Assembly: GCF_009914755.1 (NCBI RefSeq)
Contig: NC_060925.1
Length of the DNA: 64,000 bases
Source: the human T2T-CHM13v2.0 reference genome, Homo sapiens
Strand: one strand, 5' to 3'
The stretch's first letter is position 1, and every line of letters starts with the position of its first letter. Made by a program: the position numbers and the translations under genes. Positions 39,095 to 53,515 of this stretch are shown here, piece by piece. Below the pieces are notes generated by a model that was not told the DNA's origin, searched no databases, and saw only the letters and a list, made by a program, of their open reading frames with translations.

Positions 39095-39458
39095 GCATCT
39101 TACTTCATTTTGTGCTGCTATACAGAAAACCTGGGACTGGGTAATTTACAAAAAACAGAAATCTATTGGCTTACAGTTACAGAGGCTAAGAAGTCCAAGA
39201 TCAAGGGTCTGGCATTTGATGAGGGCCTTCTTGTTGTATTATCACATAGTGAAAGGTAAGAGGGCAAGAGAGAGAAAAGGGGACTGAACTCACCCTTTTG
39301 TAACAAACTCGCTTCTGTGATAACAACATTAATCCATTCATGAAGGTTGGAGCCCTCATGGTCTTCAGCTCTCATTAGGCCTCACCTCCCAATACTATTG
39401 CATGGGGATATTATGTTTCCAATGTAGGCTTTTGGGGGGACACATTTAAATCATAAAA
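39095..39458 (-). mobile_element. MST-family LTR
   Basis: catcttacttcattttgtgctgctat..aagtccaagatcaaggg..cattaatccattcatga..gggggacacatttaaatcat. Confidence 0.8.
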
Positions 39459-40304
39459 CTTTGGGTATATGGCAAGCAGAGATCAAGTTGGCACCTACTA
39501 TATAAAAAGCACATTTCTGGGTACTGTGGGGTTACACGGATGAACTAGACAAAGCCCTAAACCTGGAGGGCTTTACAACCTTCAGGCGGGAATCAGAGAA
39601 ACAAGCATCACATGAGACCAAAGTATAATAAATGCTGTGCTACAGATACAAAGTGGTGACCAAGTAGAGACCTCAGGCATCTGCCTACATAGACATAGGC
39701 CAATGCAGAAGTTAATTTTTCAGGGTTGGGTTATAAAGTCAAAATGGAGCAAAGCATTCATTCATTCATTTATATATGCATTTGTTCAGTTTTTACTCTA
39801 TGTAGTATTCTAGGTGGTGGGGATAAATCAGTGAATGGGAAAGGCAAGATTCTGTACTAGCGGGAGCTTACATTCTATTTGGGAAGGCAGAGAGGGAGAT
39901 ACTAGTAAAGAAATAAAATGGCCATCCAGTGACCACAGGCCCTTGGTACACCTCATCAAGCTCATCTTTGATCCCGTGGAGAAGGATTGAAAAGAATTGC
40001 TGCCTGCTCAGAGGCCAGTACAGTTGACTCAGACTTTGTGGTCATCTTGTCTTCCATCCTTGAAGAAGACCTGGCAACACTGAGCTAGATGCCATGGCCC
40101 TAGGTAGGGCATATCAAGCCAGATCAAAAAGCTGGCATCATCTGAGACTTTTCCCTTGCAGGAAAAACTACCCAAGTGAGAAAGTACAGAGAATGTGTTA
40201 CAGATATGGCATTGCCAATAGGGAGACTGAAACAGAAAAGAACTTTTCTGAACTCTTGACAATCAAAAACAAACTTTACTTTAGAAAGATCCCTGGAAGT
40301 TTGG

Positions 40305-41110
40305 TATAAAACCAAGCACACATCTAGTTTTTGAACCAGAAATTCACTTCCTAGGTATCTACCCAAGAGAAATGAAAACACACATCTATAAACAGACTTG
40401 TACAAGAATGTTCATAGCAGCCTTATTCACAATAGCCACAAACTAGAAAGAGCCCAGGAGTCCATCAAGAAAAGAATGAATAAACAAGGTGTGATATATT
40501 TATACGAAGGAAGACCATTCAGTAATAAAAGAAGTGTATTCCTGATGCAGGCACCAATATGGATGAATATCATAAACATTATGATGAGTGAAAAAAGCCA
40601 GATGTAAAGGAGAATATACTGTATAACTTTCCATTTATGAAATTCTGGACTAGTAAAGCTAATCTGTAGGTAGAAAAAAAATCAACACACTAGCTGACCA
40701 TGGTGAGTAGGGGAAAAGATTGGCTGAGAGGGGACACGCGGGAGCTTTCTCATTGACAGTAGTCTCTATATTTTGATAGAGGTTTGGGTTACATAGGTGC
40801 ACACATTTGTTAAAACTCATAGGATGATACACTTAAGAGTTTTTGTATTTCATTTTATGCACATTTTACCTCAAAAGAAAAAAATCTGAACTTAATCATA
40901 AGTACACTGTGGCGTTTGGAGTGAAATGTACTGATGTTTGCAGCTTTGAAACGCATGACTAAATGAAATGAATGGACAAACGAATATACCTGCGATAAAG
41001 CAAGTGCAATAAATGTTAATTGTAGAATGAAGGAGGTGGGTCTATGAATAAGTGATTACTGTAAATCCTTTCAACTTTTTGTTTGAGTATTTTCATAATA
41101 AGATATTAAG
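40305..41110 (+). mobile_element. L1ME 3' end
   Basis: aattcacttcctaggtatctacccaagagaaatgaaaaca..aatgttcatagcagccttattc..ttttcataataa. Confidence 0.85.
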
Positions 41111-41280
41111 AAAATAAGCATTGCTGCCTAATAAACTATCCAAAAGTTTGGTGACTTATAACAACTATTATTTTTCCGAGCTCTGTGGTTTGGCACATGT
41201 AGATATGGGTTTTGATAGCAATAAAGAAGCAAAGACAGGAAAGAATAGCTAGCAGGTATATTTAACGCATCCCGTGAAAT

Positions 41281-41885
41281 CAGTGGTATGCTGGTAAATG
41301 TTTAACAGCCAGCTCTTGGTGGGAGGAGTGAAGGGCAGCGAGGCTTCTGTTGTGTAGCATTTGCTGGCTTCCATGGTGTAAATACCTGCACTGTGACTGA
41401 TTTCAAGCTACCAACATGCCCTTACTGAACAGCGAGTTGGAAAATGTAGTGTTTCAAATATCACATACCAGGGCCTGTTGGGGTGTGGAGGGCTAGGGGA
41501 GGGATAGCATTAAGAGAAATACCTAATGTGGTTGATGGATGCAGCAAACCACCATGGCATGTATATACCTATGTAACAAACCTGCACGTTCTGCACATGT
41601 ATCCCGGAACTTAAAGTATGATAATAAAAAAAGGGGAAAAAAAGAAAATGTAGTGTTTCTACCATACAGATAAAATAAATGTAAATACCTCAAGGACAAA
41701 GATAATAGTAAAATTCAGTAAAATAATTAGGGAGTGATGCATTTTGAGTATTTATTGCCTCTGTTTTTAATATCCTAATTCATTTCATTGGAAGTTTATG
41801 TAATTTAATTTATAAAAACCATTATGTTTAACTACTGGCTCACAAAATTCTGGAACAAGTAATAATTGTAAGCTGGCTTACACTG
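41281..41885 (-). mobile_element. MER63 (hAT-Blackjack) interrupted by an L1PA fragment
   Basis: cagtggtatgctggtaaatgtttaac terminus; tgatttcaagctaccaac; actggctcacaaaattc. Confidence 0.75.
41456..41643 (+). mobile_element. 5'-truncated L1PA7/8-like 3' end
   Basis: gggagggatagcatt..gcagcaaaccaccatggc..aacttaaagtat plus A tail; perfect 16-bp TSD gaaaatgtagtgtttc (41440-41455 / 41644-41659). Confidence 0.93.
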
Positions 41886-43179
41886 GTCTGGTGGGATAAT
41901 TTCAATGACCATTAGGTAGAGCATTTTCACTCTTCTGCACCCCTGCCCTCCTTTCCTTCAACAAATATCGTGGTTGACATGATGCTTCCCAACTTGCTTC
42001 TCTCTCCAGGCTCATTTTCCGAGTGCACTCTAAGCCCCAGCCACCTTGAACTATAGATACAGACGCAGTGTACCTCATTCCCAACCCTCCGTGCCTTACA
42101 CAGTCTGTCTCCGTCTTTATCGTCTTCCTGGATGCCTTTTTCTCCATCATAGTCCTCACTCTCTACTACCCCACCACCACTACCTACCACTACCAACCAG
42201 ATAACTTGCAGTTCCCCCAGCTAACTTCTATTCATCCTTACCTCTGCATTTAGCACCTACAACAACTCCCAAATGGTCCCAGACTGGATAAGTGTTCATC
42301 TTATTTGTTTTAAGAAAAATCCCACTTTCTACACTTCATGAAAAATATTTTTGTCTCCCTGCTAGACTGTAGGCACCCCAAATACATGGGCTGTGTCTGT
42401 TAGAGCTGCTTCCAGGACAGCACGTCACTTTATGTAGTAGAAGATCCATAAATGTTGCTGAATTTATGAAACTTTATTTTTTTTTCTTGCTCACCAAAAT
42501 TATTGTGTGAATGGCTTCCCAAGTCATCTCTTCCATTCCTATTTACACAGACTGAAGTTGGGAACCTCCAGATTCTTCTCTCTTTACTCTCCTCTTTTGC
42601 TGTCACTTCTTAGTCTCTGAAAAGAAATTCTCTCCCCTTAAGTAGTGAGTCATGGAGGAGGGGAGAGAGAATTTCCTGCAAATGGTGGCTCGAAGGAGTA
42701 CCTTCTACTGGAAGGTTAAAGCTGACTACTGTTAGCCAAACCAGCTTGACTTAAGATAATGGCCCTGAGATTAAAGGCTTGCAGGTTCCAGAATTCTGCC
42801 TCTTTATTAGAGGCAAATTGTACATGAAAGTAAAAGGAAAGCCTCCAGGAGGCACTCTCAGCTCTCTGGGAAGGTAAAGAGCAGGGGAACGGGGGATTGA
42901 CGAGCATCTTCTTTACTGATGCTGCCTTCTCATTGGGGGTGGACAATGTGGTCATCCGAGGGCTGCTTCTGAACATATTAGAGGAGAAAAACCAGCTCAT
43001 CTCCCCTGTGCTTTTTTATAAGTTCAGAATTGGCCAAATGTGGTTCCCCAGTTGGCTTTCAAAGGTAAAACAAGAACAATTTTTATTTATTTTTCTTTTT
43101 AAGTTTGGATCTGGAAATTCCACTGTTTTCTCTCTCATCATCTCCCAAGACTGAAAACACAGCATGATAGAGTCTATGA

Positions 43180-43500
43180 CTGGTGGACCAAATATTTCAT
43201 TTCCCTTCTTGCTGTGCCCCTTTGCTCCAGTGATGTCAGGCTTGACCATGTGATTTCCTTTAGCTAAGGCCATGTGAATAGAAGTAGTGTGTGTCGTATC
43301 AAAGTCAATGCACAGTTTGCCATCTCCTCTTTTCCCTCTCCCATGGGCAGGAAATAATCCCAGAAAGAGGTTGCTTCATCAGCCTGGGTCTCACAGTGAA
43401 GGTAGCACTGCAGGGGGTTGGAGGGAGTTGCAACTGACCTGGGTTACACATGTGGCATAAATGAGAAAGAAAAATATTAATGACTGTAAGTCCTAGGCTG
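43180..43500 (+). mobile_element. Old MLT1 (I/J-like) LTR
   Basis: ggcttgaccatgtgatttcctttagc..gcttcatcagcctgggtc..atgagaaagaaaaat. Confidence 0.6.
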
Positions 43501-44689
43501 ATTGATACATATACAGTCAGTTAAAGGAGTTTACCAGGTTTTAGTAAGAATGGAAGGGAAAGAGCATAACTTAAAAAAAAGGCTTTAGTTGACATTAAAT
43601 TGTTTGATATTTATTTTTAAAAGAAGTGAATTGTTCTATAATAAATAAACAATTTCAACTGTATAGAATTTTATCTGGCATTGTCTTTCCTATTTCAACA
43701 GGTAGATTGAATGGTAGTTGGTTTAGTCATTTGTTGAATTGATATGTATCAAGTACTGATTAGCATCTAAAAACTACATTAGGTCTTGAGATATAGTGGC
43801 AGTCAAAACAGAGAAGATCCCAGCCTTCGTGGAGCTTTCCCTCTTGTTGGGCTAGGTGAATTCAAAACAAAATGAAATATCAAATAGTAAACATGATAAT
43901 TTCAGGAAGTTACTAGGTTACAAGAACAATTAGATGGGGTAAAGTGATGGAGAGTGACTGTGAGGGTCAGGGGTGGGCATGGGGCCACCTCAGAGTAGTT
44001 TGACTTCTCAAGCTTTACAATACTGAGAAATTGAACTGATATGTACAAATGACTTTTTAAAAATGGAGTCATAGTTTTATGTCAATCCCTTTAATAAGCA
44101 CATTGGGTGAATTTAAAATTGGGAGCCATTTTGTTTTACAAATGAGTCTTTTTGTGGTGCAAACATTTAACTTCAAATCCATCTGGAATGAAGTCTGAAT
44201 TTTTATCCAAAAAGGACCTCGTTCCACTGTTGAAGAGAACTCTTCTTGGAGAACATCTTAAGGAATTTGGTTTCTAAAGTAGCCAGGGAACTCCATGACA
44301 GGGCAGTTAACTTTAATTTGGTTCCAGAATATTATAAACCCATGTGTGCTGTGAAGCTCTGACCCAGGGCATGGCATTTTTTGTCCCTTCTGGACAAAGC
44401 CCACCATCTGCTTCCAAAGAGCTTACGATGAGCTCAGAGAGCCAAGGATTGTAGGCACAAAAGCATACCAACTGGCTTTTATGTTTTCAAACTCAGCAGA
44501 GCCAATGGGACCAGAAAAGTAGAGAATTGTTCACATTCATCAAAAGTTGACTCATGTCTTTTGCACCAATTCTGTTCTCCAGTTAAAATCATAAAGAGTC
44601 AAAGGCAAAAGAAATGAAGCTCATCATTTTACAGTTGTGGGAACTGAGACCAAGTTAGATTAAAATGAGTTGCTGAAGTTTGTGTGTTT

Positions 44690-45240
44690 GACAAATATTT
44701 ATTGAGCCCCAACATGCTTGGAGCTGGGCACTGTGCTGGAGCCTGGAATTTCAATGGGGAACAAAACAGTCTTTGTTCCTAGGAAGTTTATAGTCTGGTG
44801 AGTTGAGTGGAAATTGGAGTATAAATGTAACCAGACGGTTCTATGAGAATTTATCCCTAAACAGCCTGACCTATTTGGTGGGGCAGTGTCCAGGGAAGGT
44901 TTCCTTGAGGAAGTTACCCTCAAGCAGGTGTCTGAAGGATAAGTAAGGTTTAACAAGGAAAAGGGCCTGTGAAGAGGATGCTGTAAGATCCTTCCAAGGC
45001 TGGAGATGGAAAGCATGCACAAAGGAATTCTGGTGGATGGGAATGCAGCATGCTAAACAAACAAACAAACAAACAAACCTTGAAAGTAATTGAGGTTGGA
45101 GAGTAGAAAGCAAGGAGCACCAAGTTTCTGGGTGGGGGGATTGGGGCTCTAGAGAGACTCATGGGCATAATGAAAACTTCTAAGGAGGAAGTGACATGAT
45201 TAAATTTCCTCTTTGAAAAGAACATGCTGACTCAGAGTAG
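44690..45240 (-). mobile_element. L2 fragment containing (AAAC)n
   Basis: caaatatttattgagc..gggcactgtgctgg..cagggaaggtttccttgaggaag..gtgacatgattaaattt. Confidence 0.65.
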
Positions 45241-45249
45241 GAGAATATT

Positions 45250-45851
45250 CCGTTAATCCAACAAAGATCTACAAAAAGCTTACAGCAAATGTCATACTTA
45301 ATGGTGAAATATTAAAAGACTTTGCCTTTGGGACCTGGAATAAAACAAGGATTTCTCTTATCATTACTTCTTGGAAGTCTTAGACAGTGCAATAAGGCAA
45401 AAAAAAAAAAAAAATCCTAATGATTGGGAAAAAAGATGGGTTACTATTTGCAGATGACCATGATTGTGTATGGAGAAAATCTAAAATAATCTATACACAA
45501 ATTATTATCTCTCATGCATAAACTTGGCAAGGTTAATGGATACAGAGCAAGATGCAAAAATAAACTGTTTTATATGCTAGCAGCAATAAACAGAAAGTGA
45601 AATTTTAATAAAGATATGTTTACAATAGCATAAAAACCTGACTACTTGGGAACAGATCTAACAAGAGTTTTTTTCTGAAAACTGAAACAATATTGGAAGA
45701 AATTGAAGAAGAAAATAAACAGAAACATCTTGTTTGTAGATCAGAAAACCTAATATTGTGAAAAATTTCATTTTTTCCTAAATTGATTTACAGATTTGAC
45801 ACGATCCCAATCAAACCCCATACCTTTTTAGGTGTAGAAATTTCACAGTTG
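45250..45851 (+). mobile_element. Old L1ME ORF2 fragment (left half of the host element)
   Basis: cttacagcaaatgtcatacttaatggtgaa; ctatttgcagatgac (LFADD); ends cccaatcaaa..gtagaaatttcacagttg. Confidence 0.85.
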
Positions 45852-46008
45852 GGAGACTGGCCTAGCCTCTCAGCCTACATCTTTCTCCCGTGTTGGATGC
45901 TTCTTGCTCTTGAACATCAGACTTCAGGTTCTTCAGTTTTGGGACTCAGACTGACACTCCTTGCTCCTCAGCCTGCAGACAGCCTATTGTGGGACCTTGT
46001 GATCATGT
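45852..46008 (+). mobile_element. MLT2A (HERVL LTR) fragment: transcribed part only, ending at the internal splice donor position
   Basis: gagactggcctagcctc..cctacatctttctcccgtg..ggatgcttc..cttgaacatcagact..gcctattgtgggaccttgtgatcatgt; U3 and the 3' LTR end are absent. Confidence 0.88.
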
Positions 46009-47438
46009 CTCAAGCATTTTTCCAGATTTTTTTTCTGCTAAGCTCACCATTGTTTTGGCTTTGAAGCTCAACGTGATAGAGGCGGTGCCAAGATGGCAGA
46101 CCAGAAACAGCAGCGATCAGAGGCTCCCATGGAAAAGAACCATAATAAGTGAAAAGAACCATAATAAGCATGTGAATCCTTTACCACTAACCAAGGTATC
46201 CAGGTTCCGTCATCACAACGGACTAGGAGGCTGGCCTGATCCACGGAGAGGAAGGAAGAGCGTGGCAGCCCACCTGAGAGCCACACGGGGCAGGGGAACC
46301 CTCAACCCCCAGCCAAGGGAGGCAGTGAGTGAGCGTGCTACCCAGCTGGGGAAACTGTGCTTTTTCCACAGAACTGTACAACTCACAGATCGGAAGATCC
46401 CACTCACAAACGTGTGCCACTGGGGCCTAGAGTCCCAACCCCCGAGCCGCGCAGATTCTCAACAGCCTCTCAGCTGGAATCCCCTTAAGCCTATGGAGCT
46501 CCCGGGGAGGGAGGGGCAACCAGCACCATAACTGAGGCTGCCTGCTGTCTAAGCCATTTGAGCTCCTCGAGGGAGGAGCAGCAGCCAGCACTAGGACCCA
46601 CAACAGCCTAACACACTAAGCTCCCTGGGTGGGGGAAGGGCAGCATTCATCTCTATAGCTCCAGGCTGTGCTTTTTCCCTGCTGAAGTCAGGGGAGGGAG
46701 GGAGGCTGGATGGCTTGGTCCCAAGATGTGTCTCCCACAGCCCAACACACCGGCTGTGGCAGACTGCAGCCAGAGTGCCTCTTCAGGCCTGACTCTGACT
46801 CATCTTTCCTCACTGGGTGGGGCTTCCTTGTAGGAACTCCAATAACTCCAGCCAAAGGCTCAGGGATAGAACTCAGGTCTCCCTGGGCCTAAGCCCCTAG
46901 AGGGAGGGGTGGCCACAGTCTCTGCAGACCAGCAGACTTAGCCTTTCCTCCTGATAGTTCTGAGGAATCTGGGCAGCCCGGATGAGTGGGTTTCCCCCCA
47001 AGCGAAGCACACCCCCCTCCACAAAGGGACAGTCAAAGTACTTTGTTAAACAGGTCCTGTTCCCTCTGCCACCCAACTGGACGAGACCCTCCAACAGGGG
47101 TTGTAAGATACCCTGTACAGGAACAATCCTGCTGGCATCAGGTTGGTGCCCCTCGAGGTCAGAGATCCCAGAAAAAGGAGCAGGCACCTGCCTTTGCTGT
47201 TCTCCAGCCTCCTCAAGTAATATCTCTGGGCTTGGGAGCAAACCAGATGAATAGTGCCTGAAGTGAACCCCTAGCAAATTGCAGCAGCCCTACAGAAGAG
47301 GGACTTGACCATTGAAAGAAAAACAAACAAACAGCAAAAACAACACCATCATCAACAACAACAACAACAACAACCCCCACAAAAACCCCATCCAAGTGTC
47401 AGCAGCCTCAAAGATCAAAACTAGACAAACTCACGAAG

Positions 47439-48462
47439 ATGAGAAAGAATCAATGAAAAAATGCTGAAAACCCAAAAGGACAGAGTGCCTCCTTTCCTCC
47501 AAATGATTGCAACATCTCTCCAGCAAGGGTGCAGAATGGGACAGAGCATGAGATGGATGACAGAAACGGACTTCAGAAGATGGGTAATAAAAAACTATGC
47601 TGAGCTACGGGGGCATATTCTAACCTGATGCAAAGAAGCCAAGAACCTGATAAAAGGTTAGAGGAGCTGCTAACTAGAATAACCAGTTTTGAAAGGAGCA
47701 TAAATGACCTAATGGAGCTGAAAAACACAGCATGAGAACTTTGTGAAGGATACACAAGTATCAACAGCTGAATCGACCAAGCAGAAGAAAGGATATCAGA
47801 GTTTGATGACCACATTATTGAAATAAGGCATGCAGACAAGACTAGAGAAAAAAGAATGAAAAGGAATTAACAAAGCCTCCAAGAAATATGGGACTTCATA
47901 AAAAGACCAAACCTGTGATTGATTGGAGTACTTGAAGGAGACGGAGAGAATAGAAACAAGCTAGAAAACATATTTCAGGATATTATCCAGGAGCACTTCC
48001 CCAACCCAGCAAGACAGGCCAACATGCAAATTCAGAAAATACAGAGAACACCACTAAGATACACCACAAGAAGATCAGCCCCAAGACACATAATCATCAG
48101 ATTCTCCAAGGTCGAAATGAAGGAAAAAATGAAAAATGTTAAGGGCAGCCAGAGAGAAAGGCCAGGTCACCGACAAAGGGAAGCTCATTAGACTAACAGC
48201 AGACCTTTCAGGAGAAACTCTGCAAGTCAGAAGAGATTGGGGGCCAATATTCAACATTCGTAAAAGAATTTTCAACTCAGAATTTCATATCCAGCCAAAC
48301 TAAGCTTCATAAGCAAAGGAGAAATAAAATCCTTTCCAGAGAAAAAGATGCTGAGGGATTTCGTTACCACCAGGCCTGCCATTGCAAGAGCTCCTGAAGG
48401 AAGCTCTAAACATGGAAAGGAAAAACTGGTACCAACCACTGCAAAAACACACCAAAATATAA
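47439..48462 (+). pseudogene. L1 ORF1p remnant (stops and frameshifts)
   Basis: Starts MRKNQ*KNAENPKGQSA; track ORF 47919-48191 has IGVLEGDGENRNKLENIFQDIIQEHFPN..RHIIIRFSKVEMKEK. Confidence 0.9.
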
Positions 48463-49243
48463 AGACCAACGACACTATGAAAAAACTGCATCAACTAATG
48501 TGCAAAATAACCAGCTAGCATTATGATGACAGGATCAAATTCACACATAACAATACTAACCTTTAATGTAAATGGGCTAAATGCCCCATTTGAAAGACAC
48601 AGACTGGCAAATTGGATAAAGAGTCAAGATCCATTGGTGTGCTGTATTCAGGAGACTCAACTCATGTGCAAAGACACACATAGGCTCAGAATAAAGGGAT
48701 GGAGGAATATTTACCAAGCAAATGGAAAGCAAAAAACAGCAGGGGTTGCAATCCTAGTCTCTGACAAAACAGACTTTAAACCAAGAAAGATAAAAAAAAA
48801 AAAGAAGGGTAATGGTAAAGGGAACAATGCAACAAGAAGAGCTAACTATTCTAAATATATATGCACCCAATACAGAAGCACCCAGATTCATAAAACAAGT
48901 TCTTAGGAACCCAAAAAAGACTTAGGCTCCCACACAATAATACTGGGAAACTTTAACACCCCACTGTCAATATTAGACAGAATAATGAGACAGAAAATTA
49001 ACAAGGATATTCGGGACTTGAATTCTGCTCTGGATCAAGCAGACCTTGTAGATGTCTGCAGAACTCTCCACCACAAATCAACCGAATATACATTCTTCTC
49101 AGTGCCACATACTTATTCTAAAATTGACCACATAATTGAAAGTAAAACACTCCTCAGCAAATGCAAAAGAACTGAAATCATAACAAATAGTGTCTTAGAC
49201 CACAGTGCAATCAAATTAGAATTTAGGACTAAGAAACTCACTT

Positions 49244-49563
49244 GGCCAGGCACAGTGGCTCATGCCTGTAATCCCAGAACTTTGGGAGGCCGAGGCAGGT
49301 GGATCTTCAGGTCAGGAGTTTGAGACCAGCCTGGCCAACATAGTGAAACTCCATCTCTGCTAAAAATAGAAAAAATTAGCTGGGTGTGGTGGTGTGCACC
49401 TGTAATCTCAGCACTCAGGAGGCTGAGACAGTAGAATCGCATGAATCCAGGAGGTGGAGGTTGCAGTGAGCCAAGATCACGCCATTGCGCTCCAGCCTGG
49501 GTGACGGTGCAAGACTCCATCTAAAAAACAAAAAACAAAAAACAAAAAAACAAACAAAAAAAA
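49244..49563 (+). mobile_element. AluS inserted in L1 ORF2
   Basis: Full Alu with (A)nC tail; TSD core aactcact at 49235-49242 and 49568-49575. Confidence 0.94.
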
Positions 49564-50946
49564 CCACAACTCACTCAAAACCACACAATTTCATGGAAAT
49601 TGAACAACTTGCTCCTGAATGACTCCTGGGTAAATAATGAAATTAAGGCAGAAATCAAGAAGTTATTTGAAATCAGTGAGAACAAAGAGACAACCTACCA
49701 GAATCTCTGGGACACAGCTAAAGCAGTGTTAAGAGGGAAATTTATAGCACTATATGCCCACATCAGAAAGCTAGAAAGATCTCAAATCAACCCTAACATC
49801 ACAATTTAAAGAGCTAGAGTGAAAGGAAAACTAATCCAAAAGCTAGCAGAAGACAAGAAATAACTAAAATCAGAGCAGAATTGAAGGAGATAGAGACATG
49901 AAGAACCCTCCAAAGTATCAATGAATCCAGGAGCTGGTTTTTTGAAAAAATTAACAAAATAAACCACTAGCTAGACTAATAAAGAAGAAAGAGAAGAATC
50001 AAATAGACACAATAAAAAATGATTAAAGGGGATATCACCACTGACCCCACAGAAATACAAACTAGCATCAGAGAATACTATAAAAACTTCTATGTAAATA
50101 AACTAGAAAATCTAAAAGAAATAGATAAATTCCTGGACACATACACCTTCCCAAGACTAAACCAGGAAGAGGTTGAATCCTTGAATAGACCAATAACAAG
50201 TTCTAAAATTGAGGCAATAATTAATAGCCTACAAACAACAAAAAAAGTCCAGGACCAGACGGATTCACAGCTGAATTCTACCAGAGGTACAAAGAGGAGC
50301 TTGTGCCATTCCTTCTGAAACTATTCCAAAGAATTGAAAAGCAGAGACTCCTCCTGAACTGATTTTATGACACCAGCATCATCCTGATACCAAAACCGGG
50401 AAGAGGCAACAAAAAAAGAAAACTTCAGGCCAATATCCCTGATGAACATCGATGCAAAAATCCTCAATAAAATACTGGCAAACCAAATCTAGCAGCACAT
50501 CAAAAACTTATCCACTATGATCAAGTTGGCTCTATCCCTGGGATGGAAGGCTGGTTCAACATACACAAATCAATAAATGTAATCCATCACATAAACGGAA
50601 GCGAAGACAAAAACTACATGATTATTTCAATAGAGGCAGGCAGAAAAGGCCTTTGACAATATTCAACATCCCTTCATGTTAAAAACTCTCAATAAACTAG
50701 GCATTGATGGAACATATCTCAAAATAATAAGAGCTATTTATGACAAACCCACAATGAATACCATACTGAATGGGCAAAAGCTGGAAGCATCCCCACTGAA
50801 AACCAACACAAGACCAAAGATGCCCTCTCTCACCACTCCTATTCAACATAGTATTGGAAGTTCTGGCTGGGCAATCAAGCAAGAGAAAGAAATAAAGGTA
50901 TTCAGATAGGAAGAGAGGAAGTCAAATTGTCTCTGTTTGCAGATGA

Positions 50947-51250
<304 letters not shown>

Positions 51251-52436
51251 GACATGATTTTATATTTAGAAAACCCCATCATCTCAGCCCCAAAACTCCT
51301 CAAACTGATAAGCAACTTCAGCAAAGTCTCAGCATACAAAATTAATGTGCAAAAATCACAAGCATTCCTTTACACCAATAGACAAGCAGAAAGTCAACTC
51401 ATGAATGAACTCCCATTGACAGTCATTACAAAGACAATAAAATACCTAGGAATGCAGCTAACAAGGGATATGAAGGACTTCTTCAAGGAGAACTACAAAC
51501 CACTGTTCAAGCAAATAAGAAAGGACACAAACAAATAAAAAAACATTTCATCCTCATGGATAGGAAGAATAAATATCATGAAAATGGCCATACTGCCCAA
51601 AGGAATTTTTAAATTCAATGTTATTCCTATCAAACTACCATTGACATTCTTCACAAAATTAGAAAAAACTACTTTAAATTTCATATGGAATCAAAGAAGA
51701 CCCCATATAGCCAAGACAATCCTAGGCAAAAAGAACAAAGCTTGAGGCATCACGCTACCTGACTTCAAACTATACTGCAAGGCTACAGTAACCAAAACAG
51801 CATGGCACTTGTACCAAAACAGACATATAGACCAATGGAACAGGACAGAGACCTCAGAAATAACACCATACATCTACAACCATCTGATCTTCGACAAACC
51901 TGATAAAAAGCAATGGGGAAAGGATCTCCTATTCAATAAATGGTGCTCAGAAAACTGGCTAGCCATATGCAGAAAACTGAAACTGGACCCCTTCCTTATA
52001 CCTTATACAAAAATTAACTCAAGATGGATTAAAGACTTAAATGTAAAACCCCAAACCATAAAATCCCTAAAAGAAAACCTAGACAGTACCATTCAGGACA
52101 CAGACATGGGCAATGACCTCATAATCAAAATGCCAAAAGCAATTGCAACAAAAGCCAAAATTGGCAAATGGGATCTAATTAAACTAAAGAACTTCTGCAC
52201 AACAAAAGAAACTATTATCAGAGTGAACAGGCAACCTACAGAATGGGAAAAATTTTTTGCAATCTACCCATCTGACAAAGGTCTAATATCCAGAATATAC
52301 AAGGAACTTAAAGAAATTTACAAGAAAAATCAAACAACCCAGTCAAAAAGTGGGCAAAGGACATGAACAGACCGTTCTCAAAAGAAGACATTTATGTGGC
52401 CAACAAACATATGAAAAAAAGCTCAACATCACTGAT

Positions 52437-52784
52437 TGATATGGTTTGGCTGTGTCCCCACACAAATCTCAACTTGAGTTGTATCTCACAGAATTCCCAT
52501 GTGTTGTGAAAGGGACCCAGAGGGAGGTAATTGAATCATGGGGACTGGTCTTTCCCATGCTCTTCTAGTGATAGTGAATAAGTCTCACAAGATCTGATGG
52601 GTTTATCAGGGGCTTTTGCTTCTTCCTCATTTTCTCTTGCTGCCACCACGTAAGAAGTGCCTTTTGCCTTCTGCCATGATTCTGAGGCCTCCCCAGCCAT
52701 ATGGAACTGCAAGTCCAGTTAAACCTCTTTTTGTTCCCGGTTTTGGGTGCGTCTTTATCAGCCGTGTGAAAATGAACTAATACA
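52437..52784 (+). mobile_element. THE1A solo LTR inserted in L1 ORF2
   Basis: tgatatggtttggctgtgtcccca..gggtttatcagggg..gtaagaagtgcc..actaataca; TSD ctgat/ctcat. Confidence 0.92.
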
Positions 52785-53515
52785 CTCATCATTTGAGAAA
52801 TGCAAATCAAAACTACAATGAGATACCATCTCATGCCAGTCAGAATGGTGATTATTAAAAAGTCAAGAAATGATAGATGCTGGTGAGGCTGTGGAGAAAT
52901 AGGAACGCTTTTACGCTGTTGGTGGGAATGTAAATTAGTTCAACCATTGTGGAAGACAGTATGGCAGTTCCCCCAAGGGTCTAGAACCAGAAATATCATA
53001 TGACCCAGCAAACCCATTACTGAGTATATACCCAAAGGAATATAAATTATTCTACTATAAAGACACACGCACACGTATGTCTATTGCAGCACTATTACAA
53101 TAGCAAATTCGTGGAACCAACCCATGTGCCCATCAATGATAGACTGAATAAAGAAAATGTGGTACATATATGCCATGGAATACTATGCAGCCATAAAAAG
53201 GAATGAGATTATGTCCTTTGCAGGGACATGGATGAAGCTGGAAGCCATCATCCTTGCAAACTAACACAGGAACAGAAAACCAAACACCGCATGTTCTTAC
53301 TCATAAGTGGGAGTTGAACAATGAGAACACATGGACACAGGGTGGGGAACATCACACACCAGGGCCTGTTAGGGGGTCGGGGGCAAGAGGAGGGAACTTA
53401 GAGGGTGGGTCAATAGGTGCAGCAAACCACCATGGCACATGTATACCTATGTAACAAACCTACACGTTCTGCATATGTATCCTGGAACTTAAAGTAAAAT
53501 TAAAAAAAAAAAAAA

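Noticed and set aside
45989-46531. 180-aa ORF spanning MLT2A, spacer and L1 5' UTR
   Set aside because: It begins at GTG rather than ATG, has no recognisable homology, and is probably a chance frame in GC-rich UTR.
51809-52366. 185-aa ORF with clear protein similarity
   Set aside because: A fragment of disrupted L1 ORF2, not an independent CDS.
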